A stretch of 64,000 nucleotides of DNA from an uncultured Klebsiella sp. (lineage in GTDB: Bacteria; Verrucomicrobiota; Verrucomicrobiia; Limisphaerales; SXTU01), in assembly GCA_964478755.1 (NCBI GenBank), contig CAYZJP010000007.1, forward strand, positions 1,117-65,116, given 5' to 3'. Shown piece by piece: positions 45,717-53,700 of the stretch. The notes below the pieces were generated by a model. It was given only the letters and a program-made list of their open reading frames with translations, did no database searches and was not told where the DNA came from. Positions within the stretch are counted from its first letter, which is position 1, and every line of letters begins with the position of its first letter. A program made the position numbers and the translations under genes.

Positions 45717-46609
45717 TCCTTGACCGGGTGCTTCGCGAAGAATTGCTTCACCAGCGCGAGGATTTCATCGGGCTTGTCTTCGAGCACGAGATGGCTGGCG
45801 TCGGGGAAGCGATGCACTTCGGCCTGCGGCAAAATGCGTTTCCACTCGGCGAGGAAATGATCGTCGAAGACCCAGTCCTTCGCGCCCCAGCACATAAGCG
45901 CGGGCGTGCGCTGAAATTGCGGGAGCTTGGCCTGCACTTCGCTGACGAGCGCGTAGGTCGGGTGGTCGGGCACCAGCGGGATGTCCTGCACGAATCGGAG
46001 CTGCGCGAGCCGGCTCGCCTTCGCGGTGCTGGGCGCGAGATATGGGTCGCGCTCGACGGGCGACAGCTCAGGCGTGGCGACGCCCCGGCGCGTGACGAGG
46101 CGCGCGAAGAGGCCGGCGCGGCGGATGAGCAGCGCGTCGAGCGGCGTGTTGCGGCAGAGCCAGAGCGATGGCGGAAGTTTTTTTGTCTTCGGCAAATGGA
46201 ACGCCGCCGTGTTCAGCAGCACAAGGCGCGCAATGCGGTGCGGGTTCCGCGCGGCCCACGTCATGCCGATCATTCCGCCCCAGTCGTGCAGCACGAGGGT
46301 GATTTTCTCCGGCAGTTTCGCGTGCGCGATGAGCGCGTCGAGGTCGGCGACGCGACGCGCGAGCGTGAATTCGTAGCGCGAATCGTCCGGCTTGTCCGAG
46401 AGGCCGCAGCCGATGTGGTCCAGCGCGAGAACGCGGCACTGATCGCGCAGGCCAAGCACGAGCCGGCGGTAGTAGAAGGACCACGTCGGATTGCCATGAA
46501 CCATCACGACGGCGTCACCGCCCGCGCCCTCGTCGAGGTAGTGCAGGCCGATGCCGTCGCGGTCAAGGAAGTGGCCGACGAAGGGATAGTGTTCGCGGCG
46601 GAAGTTCAC
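45713..46609 (-). CDS. oleB: Alpha/beta hydrolase (haloalkane-dehalogenase-like), OleB-like
   Basis: Track ORF is 45713..46996 and overlaps oleA. I trimmed it to GTG 46609, which overlaps the oleA stop (GTGA); GTG 46612 is equally possible. Contains VMVHGNPTWSFYYR and VLHDWGGMIG (Asp nucleophile context). Confidence 0.7.
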   Translation of the reverse strand: MNFRREHYPFVGHFLDRDGIGLHYLDEGAGGDAVVMVHGNPTWSFYYRRLVLGLRDQCRVLALDHIGCGLSDKPDDSRYEFTLARRVADLDALIAHAKLPEKITLVLHDWGGMIGMTWAARNPHRIARLVLLNTAAFHLPKTKKLPPSLWLCRNTPLDALLIRRAGLFARLVTRRGVATPELSPVERDPYLAPSTAKASRLAQLRFVQDIPLVPDHPTYALVSEVQAKLPQFQRTPALMCWGAKDWVFDDHFLAEWKRILPQAEVHRFPDASHLVLEDKPDEILALVKQFFAKHPVKE

Positions 46610-47658
46610 CACTCCACCCCCATCATCATGCAGTTTAGGCCGCTGCCGATGCCAAGAAAGGCCACGCGCTGGCCGAGCTTCAGCACGCCGCGCTCGTCGG
46701 CGATGGCGGCGGTCACGGGCAGCGCGGCGGTGCCCATGTTGCCGAGGAAGCGGAAGGTCGTGTAGTCCTTCTCGCGCGGCACGCCGATGGATTTCAAGAT
46801 TGCTTCCTGATGCCCGCTGCCGACCTGATGGCAAATCACCTTGTCCACGCTCGCGGCGCTCCAGTTCATCGTGTCGAGAAAAACCTTCCAAGTCTGCACG
46901 CCGAGCGCGACGCCGTTCTTCAGCACGGCGACCGAGTCCGTGGCCATGAACTGTTCGTGCAATCCGTCGCGGCCCGGCTTGATGCCCCAGCGGCAAAGCT
47001 GGTGAAATTCCGGCGCGACCTCGGACACCGCGCCGAGTAGCCGATGCCCACGCAAATTCGAGAAGGAACCATCTGTGAGCAGCACCGCGACCGCGCCGGA
47101 GCCGCCCGTGAACGTGGCCAGCGCGGGCGCGAACTCATCCATGCCGCCGGCACCGTTGAGCATCCGCGCGAGGGCGATCTCGTTGATCTCCCGCGCGCTT
47201 TCGCACGAGACGACGAGGCCGGCGCGGATGTGGCCTAACTCAATGCGATTGGCGACCTCAATCATCCCGTTGAGCACGCCGAGGCAGGCGTTGCTCACGT
47301 CATACACAAACGCGCCGCCGCGCATCCCGATGCCATCGGCGACGGCGCACGCGGTGGCCGGCTCGAAATTTTCGCGGCAGACACCGCAGTAGAGCAGCAT
47401 CCCTAGGTCGCCCGCGCCGAGGTTCGCCTTCTGCAATGCCCTCTTCGCGGCGGCCGTCGCGCCTTGCGAGAGCGGCGTGCCCGGCTCCCACCAGCGGCGC
47501 TCTGAAATGCCCGTCCACGCCTCAAGCTGGCCGGGCTGGATACCGAGCCGCGCGAAGGCGGGCGCGAGCCGTTCCTCCAACTCCGCCGTGGTGACCACGA
47601 CCGGCCCCAACTCGTAGCCGAGCGAGGTGATGTGGACGCGTTGATATTCGGGCATCAT
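46606..47658 (-). CDS. oleA: Thiolase-superfamily FabH-like condensing enzyme, OleA-like
   Basis: 350-aa ORF with active-site context VYDVSNACLGVLNG and C-terminal GSGLNCMMMGVEW. First gene after the REP-A element that follows pfaC. Confidence 0.7.
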   Translation of the reverse strand: MMPEYQRVHITSLGYELGPVVVTTAELEERLAPAFARLGIQPGQLEAWTGISERRWWEPGTPLSQGATAAAKRALQKANLGAGDLGMLLYCGVCRENFEPATACAVADGIGMRGGAFVYDVSNACLGVLNGMIEVANRIELGHIRAGLVVSCESAREINEIALARMLNGAGGMDEFAPALATFTGGSGAVAVLLTDGSFSNLRGHRLLGAVSEVAPEFHQLCRWGIKPGRDGLHEQFMATDSVAVLKNGVALGVQTWKVFLDTMNWSAASVDKVICHQVGSGHQEAILKSIGVPREKDYTTFRFLGNMGTAALPVTAAIADERGVLKLGQRVAFLGIGSGLNCMMMGVEW

Positions 47659-47683
47659 AGCAAGGCCGGACTAAGACGAATCA

Positions 47684-47755
47684 GCCACAGATGAAACACA
47701 GATTGAACACAGACCCGGTTCCCCATCTGTGTTTCATCTGTGTTCAATCTGTGGC
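47684..47755. repeat. REP-A intercistronic hairpin element, short form, between pfaC and oleA
   Basis: GCCACAGATGAAACACAGATTGAACACAGA cccggttcccc ATCTGTGTTTCATCTGTGTTCAATCTGTGGC. Lies between the pfaC stop (47768) and the oleA start (47658). Confidence 0.9.
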
Positions 47756-47767
47756 CAAAGAAAGGTT

Positions 47768-50700
47768 TCATTCGCTCACGCCGCGCACGGTGAAGTTCTT
47801 CATCCCGTAAATCACGCGGCCATCCACCGAGAGAAAACCGTCCACCGTCAGCAACAGGTTCTCATCGTCCCACGCCGTGATGACCGCCTCGACCGTCACG
47901 AGCGAGTCGCGCGGAATCACCTGCCCGCGATACGTCCACTCGTGCTTCGCGTCCATCGCGACGGCTTCCCAGCGCAGGCTCGCAGCGTGGCCCCAGCGTT
48001 TCACGGCGCAGAATTTCAGCAGTTGCAAAAACGACTCCAGACCGAGCGAGCCGGGCACGACGGGGTCTTGATAGAAGTGCGCCTGGAAAAACCACTCGTC
48101 CGCCACGACGCGCTTCGTGCCGCGAATGAAGCCGAGCTGCTTCGGCCCGCCGTCCGGCACCCACGCGGTGATGTCGTCCACCATGCGCAGCATCGCGTCC
48201 GCAAACGGCACTTGTGTTGGATACGGCAGCGACTTCGCGCGCGCCAGTTCCGCCGCGCTCGGCTCGTAAAGTTTCACGCCCTTGATGCCTTCCTGTTTTT
48301 CCAACGCTGCCTTCGGGAAGAAACCAAAGTAGGTGTCGCCGCGATAAATTTTCTGCGCGCCCGCGCTGACCTCGAAATCGAACCACTGGATAATCATCCC
48401 CGCCGAGCTGGAGAGGCGCGTGTTCTTGATGCGCGTGGTGAGCGTGCCCACGCCGGGCCGCACGGGCGCGAACTGCGTGCCAGTGCCGCCGAGGTTGCGG
48501 TAGGAAAGGTCGTCGCTGCTCGTGAGCGCGGAGCCGATGTAGGCCGAGAGCCAGCCGCAGGGCTGCAACGCGATTTCGAGCAGCACGGCGAACGGCATAT
48601 CGCCTTGGCGGTTCGCGGCGAAATACCATTCGCCTGGCGGCACGTCGTATTCCGCCGTGACCTCGCCGCCCGCGACCATCTTGAACGCCTCGCAGCCGCG
48701 AATCTCCGTAATGCGGTCGAGGAATTGATATGGCGCGCGCGGCAGCCGCGCGATGCGACGCGGCGAGTCGGAGTCGAAAATGCGGTAAGGCGCGCCGAAA
48801 GCATCGGATGGATTGCCGCTGGAAAAGGCGGTGATGCGCTCGGGGCCGTAGAGCGCAAACTTCGGAGCGCCGGGCTCCGAACCGGCGTGTCCTACTCCAC
48901 TCGTTACTGCCTGCCGGTTTGGAAACCGGCGCTCCGCCGCATTCCACATCGCCCGCAATTCCTCCCGCGTCACGCCCGTGTAGCGCAGGCTCATGTTGCC
49001 GATTTCGACAATCGCCTTGCCGTCGGCATACATCAGCGCGTCGGCGATGACATACGGCTCCGGCCCGTAGCCGATTTCTTTAATTTCGATTTCGTAAGTG
49101 ACAACCTTCGTCGTCTCCAAAACTTGCCCGCGACACTTGAGCTGACCAACAACGCCGGGCACGGGCTCGAGCGCGACGCCTTCGCGTGCTTCCGCCACCC
49201 AGCCGAGCCGCAGCAGATGCACGCGCAACGTGTGCAGGCAGCACTCATACATCAGCGTGCCCGGCATCACGCGGTCGTCCACGAAATGGCAGGTGAGAAA
49301 CCAGTCGCTCGGATGAATGTCCGCTTCGCCGCGAATCAGCCCGAGACCGAACCGCCCGCCATTCGGCTCAAGTTTTTCAATGCGATGCACGAGGCGCATT
49401 TTTCCGCCGGGCAGCGTCACGGGTTTCGCTAGCTTCAGCGCGGCGAACTTCTCTCCAAAACATTTTGCCAAGTCGCCTTCGCGCAATGCGTCGAGTTGCG
49501 CCGCCGAATACGACTCCACCGCCATCGGCACGAAGTCTTCCCAATCCGCCGGGCGTTTGCCGGGCGTTGGCTTGAGTTGCAGCGCGGTGCGCACGACGCC
49601 TTTGCCCGCCGCCAAATCCTGCGGCGTGAAAAAGCCCGCGCAGCCCTCGGTCATCGTGAGCAGCGGCTGGCCGCCAACGGTGGACTCGAAGTTGAACTTG
49701 AAGAGCCACACGCCGCTCTGCTGGAAAAACCGCTCGATGCGGATGTCATAACGAATCACTTCACCCGGCCCAGGCAGACTGCGATGAAAGCAAACCTTCG
49801 CGTCGAGCAGCCGATACATCGCCAGCCCGCGCGTCTGGAAATCAATGCCGAGAAAACCGGAGAGAAACAAATCCGCCTGACCCGCCTCAACCGCGATGCA
49901 CGTCGGAATGCGCCCGCAATCGAGATACCACGCGCCCGGATGAACATCGTGCTCCGTCACGACTCGCCCGTGTGTCATCGAGCGCGGCTCGCCCTCGATG
50001 GCCGTAATGCGGTCCACCAGTTGCAACGGCGTATCGGGCAGCCGCACGCGCGTCGGGAAGGAATCCACTTCAGCGAAGAGCGAGCCGAGCGCGTTGCCAA
50101 TTTTTCCAATCGCAAATTCAAAACACTGCTCGCGCGTGAGCGAGCGCGGAACAGTCGTCGGAGGAGCGCACGCCGCTGGCGTGCCGTCTTCAGCGGCCCG
50201 CTGAAAACGTCGTTCCTCTAACTCTCCTCCACGCGCCTCGAAGAAAGGTGGCATGACGATGGAATTGGGCGGGCCGCCCAATTCCGCACGCGGGCCGCGT
50301 GCGCTCCCCGCCCCATTCGCCGCCCGCGCCACCAAATCCAACTGCGTCTGCACCGCCTCGGACAGCGACTTGAACACGCCTTGCGAGAACGCCAAGTAAG
50401 CCTCGTGCGCCTGCAACGTCGTCGCCTGCGCCTGCGCCATCGCCGTGAGCAATTCGGCTTCAAAAGGATCCTCTGCAACTTCAGTTCTCGCCGGCACAAG
50501 CTGCGGCTCCGCCCCTCTGCTGGGTGGAACGGGCCACTGGCCCGTCCCGTCGGGCGACTCGCCCGACGGAATTTCGGCGCGTGTCCCTGCTACAATCGTG
50601 CTCCCTTCAGTCCGAGAGTGCGCCGTCGCTCCGCGCAGCGGGTCGCTGCGCGGAACAGGCGAGTCGCCTGTTCCACCCGAACCAGACTTCGGCCGCTCCG

Positions 50701-53700
50701 GCACCACGATGCGCGCACCCGTAATGGGGATGACCACCTGCTTCCCTTCCGGTTCCGGCGCGGCTTCTTCTTCGCGCACGCCATACAGCGGCTCCAAGTT
50801 CACCGGCAAACCTTCGGCCCACAGCGCGCCGAGCACTCGCAGCACGTCCAGCAGCGGCTCCTTCGCCGACAGGCACAGCGAACGGGCGAAGTGCGGCTGC
50901 CCTTCCAAAATCTGTCCAATCATCCGCGAGCACGACGCACCCGGCCCCATCTCGATGAAGAACCGCACGCCATCCGCATACGCGGCTTGCACGACGCGCG
51001 GAAAATCAATCGTGGCGCTGGCCTGCGCGACGATGGCATCCGCCGCCGTCTCACGGTCAGGCAAATAACTGCGGCCCCAGCCGCCGCTGTAGAACGTCAC
51101 GTCCGCCGGCGGCGTGGTCGTGAAGCGATGCAGCTCGCGATACGGCTCCAGCACCGGCTTGAGCAGTTCGCAATGCACCGTGCTCACGCCGTCGAGCGCG
51201 AAGAAGTGGCAGCCGAGTTTTGTTACAAGCGCATGCACCTGCTCCGCGTCGCCGCCGAGGACGCATTCGCGCGGCGTGTTGACGATGAGAATGTAAGTGC
51301 GCGCCAGCCCGGCCATCGCAGCGCGGACTTCCTCGGCGGGCCGGTCAACGAGGCCCGCAACCCAAGCGACAGACTGTTCAGCAGGCAGTTTCCACGCGCG
51401 CCGCAGCGCGGCAGATTCGCCGGTCAAATCCTTCGTGAACAACGTCGAGGCCGTGACGCGCGCGAGCATGTCATCACGTGCAGTCCATGCACGAAGTGCG
51501 AACAAACTCGTGCTCTCGCCGAGGCTGTAGCCGATGGCGGCATTGGGCTTCAAGCCGAGCGAAACCGCGATATCGCTGACGAACGCGCCGAGCGCGACCT
51601 GTCCGCAAATCGAAACGCGCTGGTCGGTGACGGGCACGGTGGCATTCCAGAATTGCGCGGCAAACATCTGGCTGGCGAGCCGGTCGTTCTCGCGATCTTG
51701 CGCGCGAAGAATTTCCGGGAACAGCAATCCCAGTTCGCGCCCCATGTCCGCGAAGTGATTGCCCGCGCCGGGAAAGACGAAGGCGACTTTGCCGCGAACG
51801 CGCTTCTCCGGCGGAGTGAAGAAAAGCCGATCACGGTCGCGGTGGTCGAGTGAAGGTAGGGCCGCGCTGCCGCGCGGCTGTTGGATGAGCAAAGCCGCGG
51901 CATCCAGCAACCGGGCAAATTGCGCGCGTTCTTCGGCGATGAAGGCGAGCGTGAGGAGCGCCGAGCATTGCTCGGCATTGGCGGCGGCTCTGGCCGAGCG
52001 ATGCTCGGCGCTCCAATGCCAGCGACGGGCCAGCGTGTCGAGCGGGGCGCTCGGCGCAGAGGCGGCAAGGCGGCGGAGTGAATCGAGTTGCGCGAGCAGT
52101 CCGGCGGCCTCGTCGGCCGCGAATGTGAAGAGGGCATCCCCCCGCTTGGCAGCAGCCGACGTGAGGAGGATCTGACTGACAGCCCTCTCATTAGCACCGG
52201 GCTTCAGCCCGGTGTGAATGCGCGCAAAGTCGCAAGCCGTTTCAACGGCTTCCCGCCCGCCCGAAACCGTTGAAACGGTTTCGGACTCTTCACTGTCCGG
52301 AGACACCCGGCTGAAGCCGGGTGCTAATGAAACAGGAGATGATGGGTCAAAAACTGGAGCTTCCTCCAACACCACACACACCGCATTGCCATCCACGCTG
52401 CTCGTCGTGACTGCGGCGCGGCGCGGGCCGTCGGCGCGGTCGCGAACCCACGGTTGCGGCGCGGCACCGCGCGCGTGACGCGGCAGCACTTCGCCGTGCA
52501 ATGCGAGCGCGGCTTTCGCGAGATTCACAAGACCCGATGCCGCGCCGGTGTGGCCGACTTCGTTTGCCGCGCTGGCGATTAAAACGGAGTTATCAAAACC
52601 AGCCTCAGCACAAGCGCGCGCGGTGGCGAGTTGCGCTGCGGAGCGCGGCCTTGAGGCCGCAGAAACCTCCGAAGTTTTGTTTCGCTCGGACGGGATCTGG
52701 ATCGCCTCGTCCTTCGCGCGCTTCTGCGGCGTGAACGCCGCGCTCCCAACACCGATACCGCGAATCACGGCGTAGATGCGGTCGTTGTCGCGCTGCGCGT
52801 CGTCGAGACGTTTCAGCACAATTGCCACGGCGCCTTCGCCGGGAATTTCATTCGCACCGAGCGCGGCTTCGGCGAGGCGAGCGCGGAGGTCGCCGGTGAG
52901 TTCCACGCCGCCGGAGAGTGCGAGATCGAGTTCGCCCTGTTGCAGCGCGCGCACGGCGATTTCGAGCGCGCTCAGGCCGCTCGTGTCCTCGCTGCACACG
53001 GTGTAGCTCTGGCCGCCGATGCGGAATTCCTTCGCGATGCGGCTGGCGTTCGTGCCGGCGAGCGCGCCCATCGTGCGGTCGGCGTTGAGCGGCGGGCCAA
53101 CGGAATCCGCGGCAGCCTGTCCATCGCGCAGCATCGCCCAGCGCAGATGAAAATCCGTCGTGCGCAAATCCAACCCGAGGCCGATGAAGACGCCCGTCCG
53201 CGCGGGGTTGGGGCCGTTCACACGCGCGTCGGCGAGCGCGTCGCGCGCGACTTCGAGCATCAACGCTTGCTGGGGCAGCAACTCGCCGAGTTCGCGCGGC
53301 GGAATGCGGTAGCGGTTGACGGGTATGGCGAGGTCGTCAACGAAATAACCGGCGAGCTGGGGAGCGCACGCCGCTGGCGTGCCGTCTTCAGCGGCCCGCT
53401 GAAAACTTTGTTCGACTGATTTGTCTTCCTTCGCCGAGGAAGAAGATGGAGTGACGGGCGAATTGGGCGAGCCGCCCAATCCGGCACGCGGGACGCGTGC
53501 GCTCCCCGTCGAGCCGCAGGACGAGCGGAGCAATTCAGTGTTCAGGCCGCGCCAGTCGAAGCGGGCTTGCGGCTGTGTCTCGGTGTCCGCACCGAGCACG
53601 CGGGCGGCGAAGGAACGGAGATTTTTCCACGGACCGATGTGCGCCGCGAGGCCGACGATGGCGATGGGAAATGGGGGATGGGGAATAGCGTCTGGCGTCT

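Noticed and set aside
52600-52740. Possible further small insert in the pfaC CLF C-terminus (…TPQKRAKDEAIQIPSERNKTSEVSAASRPRSAAQ…).
   Set aside because: I could not find a clear inverted repeat or a second copy in the window. It may simply be native linker sequence.
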